Source: Octopus sinensis (Eukaryota). From it: a stretch of 64,000 nt of DNA. The notes beneath the pieces were generated by a model, which searched no databases, was not told the DNA's origin, and was given only the letters and a program-made list of their open reading frames with translations. Positions 1 to 11,848 of this stretch are shown here, one piece after another (positions within the stretch are counted from its first letter, which is position 1; each line of letters begins with the position of its first letter). The stretch spans positions 183,334,001 to 183,398,000 of the forward strand of contig NC_042998.1 in NCBI RefSeq assembly GCF_006345805.1, read 5' to 3'. The translations under genes were made by a program, and so were the position numbers.

Positions 1-34
<34 letters not shown>
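1..34. repeat. (AG)n microsatellite
   Basis: Direct reading. Confidence 0.99.
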
Positions 35-35
<1 letters not shown>

Positions 36-675
36 ATGTGTCTATGTTTGTGTATATGTGTGCGTGCGTGTGTATGTGTTTCATCTCCGCCCCTTCTTTT
101 AGACTGACAGAAATGGATATGAATTCCTTTGCTATGAGATCCAGTTTAACAGTGCCATTATAGTTTGCAAAGAAGAACCACCTTGAGTTCTAAAGGAGTA
201 TAATAACAACATAACAGAATAAGTAAAAAGAATGGTGAAAATAGGTAAAACAAATAAATTGTGTGTAAGATAAAAAAGAATAAAAAGTGAATAAGAGAAA
301 AGAAAAGAAAAAGAAACTTGTCGGATCACTTTTATTTGACGTAACGCAACTTCGAAATATTCAGCTCGCCCTAGCAAGTTAGTCAGCTGTTAGGACTATG
401 CAAAGCTGATGCTGAACGGGTTGTGAGATAACTTGGCGAACTAACTGCAACATTTTATGTATCAGATGACCCAGTGAATCTTGTGTAGTATACAATTCAT
501 CAGCTGTGCCCTTGTACTGGAAACGAAACAAGCTTAACGAGCGAGCAAACAAACAAATCACTATGTAAATGGGTTAAATGAGTACCAGGGAATATATTTT
601 TTTTGTTTCTTTTTTCTTTTTCTTTTTTTTTGTGTCATAGAAGAGTAACAAAACATATACACATCTCTCTCTTTC

Positions 676-678
<3 letters not shown>

Positions 679-734
<56 letters not shown>

Positions 735-812
735 GTGTGTGTGTATATGAATATATATATAAATATATATATTTGTGTGTATTTCATATATTTATATATA
801 TATATTCTGTAG
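679..812. repeat. (TA)n/(TG)n microsatellite
   Basis: Direct reading; source of spurious YIYI ORFs. Confidence 0.95.
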
Positions 813-1037
813 TTTTTTCACTCTTTACTATTTTCTAGGCCACTGGCTTTAATTGATTAATATCAATTTGTACCCTTATTTAATTATATATATATATATA
901 TATATAGCATATTTTTTTTTAAATCCGAAGATTAAAAAATTTACATACAAAATTAGTGTCATTAGTGGTCATTCCTCTAAATTTTATATATACATATAAT
1001 TTAGAGGAATGACCACTAATGACACTAATTTTGTATG

Positions 1038-1074
<37 letters not shown>

Positions 1075-1727
1075 CATACACGTGTCTATGTGTAGACGGA
1101 AATAGAGTCACAGAAGTCATAATTTTGGAAAACGTGTCATATTTCATTTAAACACTAGAAATAATAGTTACAGTAAGTAAATATCTGAGATAGCTTATCA
1201 ACGGACACTATATGATTTGTACTCATTGAAAACATTACATCGTTGCAGGGAAAAATAATTACGTTTTCTTTAGTTTCTGGCATAAAACAAGGTTATAAAA
1301 TAATTAAATCAATACATTGAGATTCTCCAGTGACTTTTCCTTGACTTTATTATTTATCCCCGAAAACCACGAACTTCTCTGAATTTCTGAAAATTACATT
1401 GAATACAATCTTTCTTTAAGTCCCTAAAAGACTTTTCCCCTTTTCCATCTCCGTAGATATTCGGTGACGAAATAGTTGCATGGTGAACGAAAATAGCTGC
1501 GTATGGTGAGGTGGTGAAGGATAGAAGATAACCAAGAGTTTCTATGTGACACCTGATGCAAACCATAAACAAAATCAGTGGATGGGAACACTGCTCCAAC
1601 CAGGCAGAAAATGACATATCGCTGGTACACTAGATAGAACCATAAAAGCTAAATGGTAGGCTTGGGAAGATCGATAGGCAATGAGAAGCAAGGTACGATA
1701 TCAGGTAGAAGGTTTAGAAGCAACATG

Positions 1728-2134
1728 GGATCTTTTCGGTTTCACCGGCAATTTTTTAAAATAATTTCTAGGTAACTAAACACTTTTAAACTTCGTATAC
1801 TGGTAGAATGTGTTTATAAAATATCTTTTTCTCTTGGCTTTATTGAGAAAATTCTATAGTTTGTAAGATATTTGTTGTTTTTTTCTGCAATTCCAACCAA
1901 TCAATGACGTCTATTGAGGTGAAAACATCCTGTGCCGTATGAATATGTCCCTCGTTTAAGAAACAGGTTGGGTTTATTTACATTTGTGAAGAAAAAAAGA
2001 TACCCTTTCCCCCACCCCTAACCCTAACCCTAAAACAGATTGAAATGCAATAGATCGAGACTAGGGTCATAATTATGGGTGACAATTTCATATGACGCCG
2101 CTAGAAAAAACTGCCGTTCAAACCGAAAAGATCC
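1728..2134. mobile_element. MITE with GG-initial TIRs and ~8-bp TSD (Merlin-like or hAT-like), containing (CCCTAA)3
   Basis: TIR GGATCTTTTCGGTTTcacCGGCA / TGCCGttcAAACCGAAAAGATCC (2 mismatches in 23); flanks GCAACATG / ACAACATG. Confidence 0.8.
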
Positions 2135-2387
2135 ACAACATGTAGCAAGATGTTTGCCAGTATTTTACAATGAAAGGATGAGAAGTATGAGGTGTTTCAG
2201 ATTGTAAGGCAGTAAATCAATGTAAAGACATTTTGGGAGGAAAATACGTGTGGATTAATAGCAACGAACTTGCCTTCATTAAAACTGAGAAAAAAGGTCC
2301 TGGAAATAACTATAAGGTTGCTGAATGAGAAAGAAAGAGGGTCTACTCCAAATAGACCTAACAGAGTGACCAGCTATTGAGAAGTTT

Positions 2388-2644
2388 GCACCTGTGTCGG
2401 TGGCACATAAAAAACACCATCCGAGCGTGGCCGTTCGCCAGCCTCGTCTGGCACCTGTGTCGGTGGCACATAAAATCACCCACTACACTCTCGGAGTGGT
2501 TGGCGTTAGGAAGGGCATCCAGCTGTAGAAACACTGCCAGATCTGACTGGCCTGGTGCAGCCTTCGGGCTTCCCAGACCCCAGTTGAACCGTCCAACCCA
2601 TGCTAGCATGGAAAGCGGACGTTAAACGATGATGATGATGATGA

Positions 2645-2648
<4 letters not shown>
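2388..2648 (+). mobile_element. Family G repeat (RTE-type tail ..CGTTAAACGATGATG)
   Basis: GGCGTTAGGAAGGGCATCCAGCTGTAGAAAC core and (GAT)n tail; many copies in the window. Confidence 0.85.
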
Positions 2649-2685
<37 letters not shown>

Positions 2686-3456
2686 GTTCAGCATGTGATT
2701 ATGGAGAAGAAACTGCTGGTCTTTTACCAATAACTCACTGATAAACCTGGCAAAATAGGGTACTTAATCACTTGCTTAATTAGTCGGATATTATACTTCC
2801 ATGAACATTTCCAATTATTGGCATTAGAAGTATCACCTTTAATTGCTAAAATAGCAAAGGAAATGCTCTAAAAGTAAACAAACACAGACATCAAACTGCT
2901 GGACCAGATTATGAAAGTAGCTGTGGTCGATGCCAAGAAAGACATCCAGCCATAGAAACTATGTCAAACAGGAAATGAATAAATAAGGTGGCAATCCCCT
3001 GACTCATTTGATTGAACAGTTAACACTATTAGGAATTAATAGTGGAGCATTAAAACTCAGCATGAACAAATTATTGATACAACAGTATAAGAAAACCCTG
3101 TACTACTACTGTTGTAACTTTACTGTTTGCATTAACTAAGAACAGCAAAAGTACTGCTTGTATATGGAAGATGCACATAAAGACCAAGTATACACCAGAA
3201 TTTAATTCTCTCAAATGTCCTGGAGGCTCCCTAGAGATAGTAGATAGTTTCAGTCACTTAGTGAGCTAATAAGAAGGGGAGAAGGTTTTTTTGAAAGTGT
3301 AGTTGTTAGAATAAGAATAGGATGAAGAAATTTCAGGAGCTATTACCTCTGTTGGCAACAAAAGGTCTCTCTCTCTCTCTCTCTCTCTCCAAATGAAAGG
3401 TAGATTATGAGACTGGTCATGTGATGCATGTAGATGAGGACAGTTGCATAAAGTGC

Positions 3457-3528
3457 TCCTCGGTAGTATAGTGGTAAGTATCCCCGCCTGTCACGCGGGC
3501 GACCAGGGTTCGATTCCCCGCCGGGGTG
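3457..3528 (+). pseudogene. trnD-GTC: tRNA-Asp(GTC) retrocopy, probably non-functional
   Basis: TCCTCGGTAGTATAGTGGTAAGTATCCCCGCCTGTCACGCGGGCGACCAGGGTTCGATTCCCCGCCGGGGTG: eukaryotic tRNA-Asp layout with intact anticodon arm, but a T1.T72 mismatch, an A.C mismatch in the T-stem, and no T-run terminator downstream. Confidence 0.85.
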
Positions 3529-3536
3529 CCCAAACT

Positions 3537-3760
3537 GGCGAGCTGGCAGAAATGTTAGCGTGCCGGACGAAATGCTTAGCGGTATTTCGTCTGTCGTTAT
3601 GTTCTGAGTTCAAATTTCACCGAGGACGACTTTGCCTTTCATCCTTTCGGGGTCAATAAATAAAGTACCAGTTTCGCACTGGGGTCGATGTAATCAACTC
3701 TATCCCTCTGTCCTTGTTTGTCCCCTCTATGTTTAGCCCCTTGTGGGCAGTAAAGAAATA
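3537..3760 (+). mobile_element. SINE family A (tRNA head, Nin/Deu-like core)
   Basis: GGCGAGCTGGCAGAA head, GAGTTCAAAT B-box, core CTTTCATCCTTTCGGGGTC..AGTACC, tail GTAAAGAAATA. Confidence 0.85.
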
Positions 3761-4402
3761 TAAAGAAGTGCTGATTGCTCAAAGTGGAGGGAAGTTGTGG
3801 AAGAGAGAGGCCCAAGAAGACAAGGCAAAGTGTTGCAGTCTGATCTAAAGATGCTGAGCCTTATAGAGGAGATGACAGAGGACTGAGACAACTAGTTATT
3901 TGCTGTACTCAAGAAAACAAAGATGTAATCCTAAAACCATTTGGTATGCTTGTACATGAGGATGGGAGTACTCCATTCCTCACTCTCTCTCTCTCTCTCG
4001 TTCTCTCTTTCAATCGACTTTGTCATCCACTAACACCTACCTACCACTCCCCTATCTATGGTATTTCTTGGCTGCTGTAATCATCTAAGGGCAGAATTGG
4101 CATGGTACAACCCCACCCACCTTCTGTTACCACTTCTCTCCCCACTTCACAGGGGCCACTTTTATTCTACGTTATCATCCCTACCTACACTATTTCTACC
4201 AATCACCCTCTTACTGTGCCTTCAGCCATGGCTTTTTCCTCTCCACTATTCTGTTATTAACACCTCTTTTATTTGCCATTATTCTTAATGCCATCAAATC
4301 TCTATCATCATGCCCTACTTACTATAGCCCTTATGTACATTTATATTTCCCCCTCTCTTCTGATCCTATATCTTGCATACCATACCACTACTTCCTGATC
4401 TG

Positions 4403-4735
4403 TGAGGGTGCATGGCTTAGTGGTTAGAGTGTCAGGCTCACAATCACGAGGTAGTAAGTTCTATTCCTGGACTGGACTGTGTGTGGTGTTCTTGGACAAG
4501 ACATTTTATTTCATGTTCACTCAGCTGTAGAAATGAGTTGCAATGTCACTGGTGCCAAGCTGTGTCAGCCTTTGCTTTTCCCTTGGGTAACATCAGTGGC
4601 ATGGAGAGATGAGGCTGGCATGCATGGGTAACTACTGGTCTTCCATAAACAACTTTGCCCAGGCTTGTGCCTTGGAGAGGAACTTTCTAGGTGCAGTCCC
4701 ATAGTCATTCATGACTGAAAGGGGTCTTTACCCTT
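4403..4735 (+). mobile_element. SINE family C (tRNA-derived, diverged)
   Basis: TGGCTTAGTGG A-box, degenerate B-box AGTTCTATTCC, CORE-like TTCTTGGACAAGACA. Confidence 0.7.
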
Positions 4736-6354
4736 ACTCTTTACTTTCTAATCTCTTTCCCTTCCTGAGCCACTCCTATATCTCTCACCTTACCCCTCTC
4801 CATACTGGTATTTCTTTTCAACCACACTTGCATCCTTCTTCATCACTCACAAAAGTAACCTCTATCACCATTTTTAACCATCTGTAACTCACCCTCACCC
4901 TTTTATGAAACTATCTACTCACTCATCTCCTCTCATGGCCCACTGTCTGTATCCTCTCTTATGCTCACCTTCTTGTGCTTTCAGAGTTTGCTTTAGCACT
5001 CCACTACTGCCTTCTTTTATCTCTTTCAACCATGTATTTCCTCTACAGCACGACACCTGCACTTCTCCTACTATCATACTTTACCCTTTCAACACCTGGT
5101 ATAAAGCTGCCCACCTCTGTCTTCCTTCTTAGATACTCCCCATTAGTTATGGGAATTTTTTCTCTTTTCTTTGTTCTTTTTCTGTCTTCCAAGTTCACAC
5201 TACTGTCAACAGCACAAAAAAAGCACCCAGTACACTGTGTAAAGGGGTGTTAGGAACAACATCCAGCCATAGAAACCATATCAAGGCTGATGTTTAAAGC
5301 TTTACATGGCCTTGCAGCTTGTCAGAGCCTATCAAACCATTCAACCTATGTCAGCTTGAAAAATGGATATTAAATGATGATGATGATATATATATATAAG
5401 AGATAATGGTGTCATTGAGATCCAAAGGTGTCAGGTAATGTTAAATAAGTGCTATAGACAGACCATAGTTAAGTTCCAGATTCGGTAATATTGCAAATAA
5501 AGGGTTCAACGTTGGTTCTATGTCAGCATGTGTATATAAGAATTTTTTGCATAACAAGATAAAAAACCAAGAGTGTATAGCTATTAGAGCATTTATAGAT
5601 AGAAGGTCTTACAGCTGTTTCTAGGATATTAATTAATAATATCCTTTCATATATATGTATATATATATATGGCAACTGAAGATATCCCAACCAACCCTGC
5701 TGAAATTGTCATTATAAGCCTAGGCCTTCCTAACCCCTGTACATCAAAAGAGATGTTGATTCTATGAGTCATGCAAAAAAAGTGACCCATTAGAGGGAAC
5801 ACTTTCATCTTGATCCAGTTTACCATTCTTGCCTCTGTAAGCTCCAAAGTAGCCCAATATCTCCCTGTATGATGAGAAAACATGATCTCTCACTTGTAGT
5901 GTTGATAATGTGCTTAGAATGTGAGAGGTACTGGCTTCACTAGCCATTACGGAGGCATAAATAGAGGGGCTCTTTAATACTATCATAGAAACTCCTCTAG
6001 CACTATGGCACAATAAAAAGTACCCAGTCCATATTGTTATGTGGTTGGTGAGAGAAAAGACATCTAGCTGTAAAATCCAGCCCAAAGTCAGAATGAATGA
6101 AGACATAGGCACAGCAATCCACAGTTCAGACAATCCATCTAGAAGAGCATTAACCCTGAATGAAAGCTATTACAGTCTAGAAAGAATATTTTGGTCCAAT
6201 TACAGATAACCTCTTGAATTAGTGTCAGTGATACCAGTAATATATGAGGGGCAATGCAGCCATAAAACCATGCTCCCTTCCCCCAGGAAATCTTTGATAT
6301 ACAAGACAACTACTACTACAAGGTCCAGTGTTGCAGTATAGTGGTTTGTCTATC

Positions 6355-6570
6355 TTAAGGCGGCAAGCTGGCAGAAACGTTAGCATGTCGGGTGAAATGC
6401 TTAGCGGTATTTCGTCTGCCGTTACGTTGTGAGTTCAAATTCCGCCGAGGTTGACTTTACCTTTCATCCTTTCGGGGTCGATAAATTAAGTACCAGTTAC
6501 GCACTGGGGTCGACTTAATACCTATGTCTGTCCCCTCTATGTTTAGCCCCTTGTGGGTAATAAAGAAATA
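6355..6570 (+). mobile_element. SINE family A, full length
   Basis: Perfect 12-bp TSD GGTTTGTCTATC (6343-6354, 6571-6582). Confidence 0.9.
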
Positions 6571-6874
6571 GGTTTGTCTATCGTAATGGCCCTGAGAGCT
6601 ATGCCAGTTGAATGCAAACTATGAGGTTTCCTATGAGGCCAGACCAATATGGACCATCTCTTCCCAGAGGTAAAAATAGGTTTATGTAGGGCTGGCACCC
6701 TTATCTTGAAGAAAAGTAAAGTTACAGAAGCATTGAGTTACAAGACCTGGAAGAAGAAAGCCTTCTCTCAGGAAGGCAGGATTCTGGGGTAGAGCTCAAA
6801 AAGCAAGGATCCAACAGGACAGAAGCAGGAAAGACAGCCCAGGGGCAAGAACAGTAGAGAAAAGTTGTCAATAG

Positions 6875-7280
6875 GTGCACGAGTGGCTGTGTGGTAAGTA
6901 GCTTGCTTACCAACCACATGGTTCCGGGTTGAGTCCCACTGCATGGCACCTTGGGCAAGTGTCTTCTGCTATAGCCTTGGGCCGACCAATGCCTTGTGAG
7001 TGGATTTGGTAGACGGAAACTGAAAGAAGCCTGTCGTATATATGTGTATATATATATATGTATGTATGTGTGTGTATATAATTGTCTCCCTAGCATTGCT
7101 TGACACCCGATGCTGGTATGTTTACATCCCCGTAACTTAGCGGTTCGGCAAAAGAGACCAATAGAATAAGTACTGGGCTTACAAAGAATAAGTCCCGGGG
7201 TCGATTTGCTCGACTAAAGGCGGTGCTCCAGCATGGCCGCAGTCAAATGACTGAAACAAGTAAAAGTAAAAGTAAAGTAA
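6875..7280 (+). mobile_element. SINE family B (tRNA head, CORE-like, internal TA/TG microsatellite)
   Basis: A-box TGGCTGTGTGG, B-box-like GGTTGAGTCC, CCTTGGGCAAG core, tail CAAATGACTGAAACAAG(TAAAAG)n. Confidence 0.88.
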
Positions 7281-7680
7281 TTGCCTGTACTCCATGAGGA
7301 GCAAAGTGTTTAACACAATGTATACAACAACAAAATCCCTGGTTTTCACTATTGCTGTGTGTACCAGTTGATAAAGAGTTGTTGGACACTGAGATCTGTC
7401 CAAACCATTCCAGTATGGAAAAATCAGGTAAAAAAAAATGAGGCAGAGGATAAAACAAGGGATTTTGTTATTCATTTCCATCACTTCTGAAAAAATGAAA
7501 AAAGAAAGGAGTAACTTCTCACTCTCTGTTCTTTATATGCTTTCTTTTCGTCTGAAATCACTGTTAAGTCACAGGTCAACCTCAATTGAACATAACTGCA
7601 CTCAAGTGTGCTCCAGCCATAACAGTCACGTCTTTCACCTTGACACTCAATACACCTATGGCCATATTTTCTCATGATAT

Positions 7681-7915
7681 TTCTTCGTCTTCTTCTTCTT
7701 CTCTTTCTTCTTCTTCTTTTCCTTCATCTTCTTCTCCTTCTTCTTCTTCTTCTTCTTCTTCTTCTTTTCCTTCTTCTTCTTCTCCTTTTTCTTCTTCTTC
7801 TTTTCCTTCTTCTTCTTCTTCTTCTTCCTTCTTCTTCTTCTTCTTCTTCCTCTCCTTCTTTGTCTTCTTCTTCTTTACCTCCTCCTCCTTCTCCTGCTGT
7901 TGTTGTTGTTGTTGT
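7681..7915. repeat. (CTT)n/(TCC)n/(TGT)n compound trinucleotide tract
   Basis: ~200 bp almost purely pyrimidine on the + strand. Confidence 0.97.
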
Positions 7916-8196
7916 CATTTAGTCCCTGGTAAATCTGATAAACCAAAGGCATTCCAACTGCAACTGTCCCAACATTTTCGTCTGTGTAATCTAATGTGTC
8001 CTCTTTTATAAAATAGTAGAGTGTGATTTGTGAGGGATTTGGTTGATATAACTAGCAGGTCAAGTTGGTTATTGTTTTCTAAAGAAGAAAGAATGTGATT
8101 TGAAGGAATTTAACTGTTATTTCAAGCAAGACAAGATACCATTTCAGTCAAAAGCTTGATGATAGTATACAGAGCTTAAAGTTCCACAGTTTCTAT

Positions 8197-8453
8197 TGTG
8201 CCGGTGGCACGTGTAAAAAGATTTGAGTGAGGTCATTGCCAGTACCACCTGACTGGCTCCCTTGCCAGTGACACGTAAAAAGCACCCACTACACTCTTGG
8301 AGTGGTTGGCGTTAGGAAGGGCATCCAGCTGTAGAAACTCTGCCAAATCAAGATTGGAGCCTGATGCAGCCATCTGGTTTGCCAGCCCTCAGTCAAAATC
8401 GTCCAACCCATGCTAGCATGGAAAGCGGACGTTAAACGATGATGATGATGATG
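8197..8453 (+). mobile_element. Family G repeat
   Basis: Same core and tail; diverged copies at 5215-5387 and 8895-9139. Confidence 0.85.
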
Positions 8454-8680
8454 TGGCTACTAATAATTCAGACTTTCTTCTTTATAAAATAAATTAGATA
8501 GATAATTGTCGTTAATTTACATGGAGGGCAATCACTTATAGTGGAGGGAAGTTGTGGAAGAGGGGGACCTAGGGAGATATGGGACAAAGTATTGAAGGCC
8601 ATTCTCAAAACTCTGAACCTTACAAGGGAGATGACAGAGGCCGCAAAATGTAGCACATTGCTGTACTTGAGATCCTAAAC

Positions 8681-8881
8681 CAGTGGTTTTCAACCAGAGT
8701 TCCGCCAGTACAGTCCAGGGGTTCCGCAAGAATTTACAAAACTGCTAAAATCGGCAGTAATTTTTAATTCTCCTGTGCAGATATGTGTGCATAAGACTAT
8801 TAAATTATTGCACAGGGGTTCCTCGAGCCAGTGGAATGTTTCCTTGGGGTTCCGCTCCAGCAAAAAGTTTGAAAAGCACTG
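8681..8881. mobile_element. hAT (Charlie-like) MITE
   Basis: TIRs CAGTGGTTTTCAAC / TTTGAAAAGCACTG; perfect 8-bp TSD TCCTAAAC (8673-8680, 8882-8889). Confidence 0.9.
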
Positions 8882-9226
8882 TCCTAAACCCGAGGTGTTA
8901 TGTAAAAAGCATTGGTGTGGGTGCTGGTGCCATATAAAAAGCACAGGTGCTGGTGCCACAAAAAAGTACTGGTGATGGTGCCGTGTAAAAAGCACCTGAT
9001 ACACTCTGTAAAGTGGTTGGCAGAAAAATCAAACCAAAATAGACTATGGAACTTGGTGTGGTCCCTAGCCTTGCCAGTTCCTGTCAAGCCATCCAACCCA
9101 TGCCAGCATAGAAAACAGGCATTAAATGATGATGATGAAGTAATTGTTTTTGAAGAGAAATCAAAATGAACAATGATTTGATGGGTTCACTATCTTCTGC
9201 ACCGTCAAAATAAATTCTTTGAATTA

Positions 9227-9445
9227 CTCTTTTACTTGTTTCAGTCATTTGACTGTGGCCATGCTGGAGCACCACCTTTAGTCAAGCAAATTGACCCCAG
9301 GACTTATTCTTTGTAAGCCTAGTACTTATTCTGTCGGTCTCTTTTGCCGAACTGCTAAGTTACAGGGACGTAAACACACCAGCATCGGTTGTCAAGCGAT
9401 GCTGGGGTGACAAACACAGACAAACAAACATATACACACACACAC

Positions 9446-9521
<76 letters not shown>

Positions 9522-9686
9522 TACGACAGGCTTCTTTCAGTTTCCGCCTACCAAATCCATTCACAAGGCTTTGGTCGGCCCGAGGCTATAGTAGAAGACA
9601 TTTGCCCAAAGTGCCATGCAGTGGGACTGAACCCAGAACCATGTGGTTGGTAAGCAAGCTACTTACCACACAGCCACTCCTACGCC
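9227..9686 (-). mobile_element. SINE family B
   Basis: Reverse complement of the 6875-7280 family. Confidence 0.88.
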
Positions 9687-10344
9687 TATGATTACTGTTA
9701 TTTATTGTAAAAAAAATTTTCTTGGCCTTATTCATGTAAAATATTGGAATTATTGTTTTATAAATTATGAAAAAGTGTAATTTACAAAATAATATTGAGT
9801 TTAACTGCTTTTTTTAAAATGTAACAGACTTGCAAATAGAAGTATTAATATCATCTTTCATCATCATCTTTATTTCAACACCTCTATTATTGCTGTTGTT
9901 GTTGTTACAGCTGCTACTACTATTGCTGTTGTTGTTATTGTTGGGCCTGTGGATTGGTAGAATTGTGAAAGTGTCAGAAAAAATGTCTTGCGATATTTGT
10001 TCTGCAAATTTACATCATATGTTCAAATCCCACAGAGGTCTGTCTTGCCTTTCATCAACCCTGAAGTTAATAAAATAAAATATCAGTGAAGTTCTTAAGA
10101 GTCAATGTAATCAACTAGCTCCACCCCTCAAAACCTCTGGCCTTGTGTCTAAATTAGAATTTTCTTTTAATTATTTTTTGTCCATATCATGCATTTTATT
10201 GTCTTGTTATGACCAAACTCATTAGGTGATTTATTAGTAAAATGTCAACTTGTAGCTTGTTAGAACATCATAATTTCAATTCAGAAAGCTAAAATATTCA
10301 ATTTGTCCTTTCACCATTTACTATTCACATTAATAAAAAAATAA

Positions 10345-10590
10345 ATGTGCCCTTTTAAAGTTTAGCCAGGCTCATGGGCCGGTTTCCTGGTTTCTATGGT
10401 GTATGTGTTCCCCAGATGGACGGGACGCCAGTCCATCGCAGCGTTACTCATTTTTGCCAGCTGAGTGGACTGGGGCAATGTGAAATGAAATGTTTTGCTC
10501 AAGAACACAACGCGTCGCCCGGGCAGGAATTGAAACCACAATCTTACGATCATGATGCTGACACCCTAACCACTAAGCCACGCACCTCCA
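10345..10590 (-). mobile_element. SINE family D
   Basis: On -: GTGGCTTAGTGG A-box, GGTTTCAATTCC B-box; same family as 32071-32517. Confidence 0.82.
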
Positions 10591-11848
10591 CCACTATTCA
10601 CATTACTCTTTCAAATGTAATGCTTATTTATTCATATTGTTTTGAATCAATCATGTATTATCTTGTAGCTTTGATATTTCAATGATGTAATTGTTTAGTT
10701 TTAGAATAACATAGTAAGGAAGGTGTGAACCTTTGGGCTGGATATAGCCGGATTAAATGCTAAAGAGTTTAACATTTTTTTGTCAAGTGGAAAATATTTA
10801 ATGCTCCCTTGTATATTAATAATACAATGATTTATTGACTTATACTTAAGAAAACCTCCTACCTCACTTTACATTATTTCTTTGAAGTATTACACAACAG
10901 AAAAAAAAATCTGAGCAGTGTTAGTAGAATTTATTATGTATTGATAATTGGTTATAGATATGAGTAGCAGAATTGGTTATAGATCTATGGATTGCAGAAT
11001 TGGTAGATCATTGATCAAAATACTATGTGGTCTTGAATTGCATCCCTTTCCCTTCTGAATTCAAATGCTGTCCAGGTTGAGTTTTGCATTTTATCCTTCT
11101 AATATTGATAAAAAAAAAAGTACCAGTCAATATCAGATCAATATAATCAATAACATTTCAATATGGTGTCCCAGTATGTGTACAGTTGAATGACTGAAAC
11201 AAGTTTAAGACTATCTGTTACTTTCTATGTTAATTTTTAAAATATCCTCTCTCGTCTATATAACACATATTATTAACTGAAGCAATAAACTCACATTATT
11301 TACAGATAATTATACAAGAAATTCTTGAGAAGGTCTTTGTTTTTCATCTTTCCAGAGTTGATAAAATAATGCACCAGTCAAGTACTGGGTTGATTTAATA
11401 TTCCTATAAAGTATTCATGGTGTGAATGGGATTATAATAGATGACTAAGACTATAAATGGAATATTTTAATTTATTGTTTGTTCCTGAGCAATGACCATC
11501 TTAAGTTAAGTGTCTCCTATATTTATTGTGATTTAACTAGATAGAGGATCGCTAAATCATTTCTACTTTAAGCTGTTATCTCGGTTTATTATTTCACTTA
11601 TTTCTTTTAATTAATGACATTTCTCATTCACATAATATAAAGACAGACTCATTAAAGTGTTTCCTTAGGTAATAATCTTGCTATGTATATGGGTGTAGCA
11701 TAATGCTATAACTTCAATCATTAAGCACAAATGAGGATTTTTTCTACATATTCCCTACTATTATAGTTTAACCTCCAAGTGGAGATGATTAGATTTATTA
11801 ATTAAAAATATAAAATACAAAATAAATAGACTGTTGTAATCCATTTAT

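Larger units (their letters stand above)
3150..3930 (+). mobile_element. Decayed RTE (BovB-like) LINE fragment, interrupted by the tRNA-SINE insert
   Basis: KCPGGSLEIVDSF, RIRIG*..FQELLPLLATKG, GHVMHVDEDSCI and VEGSCGR..EMTED motifs. Confidence 0.7.

Noticed and set aside
2013-2032. Telomere or chromosome-fusion scar
   Set aside because: Only three units, and they lie inside a TIR-bounded element.
3457-3528. Functional tRNA-Asp gene
   Set aside because: Acceptor-stem and T-stem mismatches, no Pol III terminator, and it sits inside a LINE with TSD-like flanks; treated as a retro-pseudogene.
4403-4480. tRNA genes at SINE heads (also 6875, 56651 and others)
   Set aside because: A/B boxes are present but there is no full cloverleaf, and each continues into a repeat body.
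5647-6133. Overlapping minus-strand ORFs (78 and 123 aa)
   Set aside because: No motif recognised; partly overlaps a family G fragment; no convincing splice context.
7586-8011. Ser/Leu/Arg-rich ORFs
   Set aside because: Translations of the (CTT)n microsatellite in several frames.
9389-9691. Recurrent ORFs ending ..LVSKLLTTQPLL (also 6722, 12113, 13338, 50768)
   Set aside because: Incidental frames of SINE family B; not genes.
10946-11010. ~26-bp tandem repeat (AATTGGTTATAGAT..GCAG) x2.5
   Set aside because: Short, degenerate and isolated; consistent with ordinary slippage.
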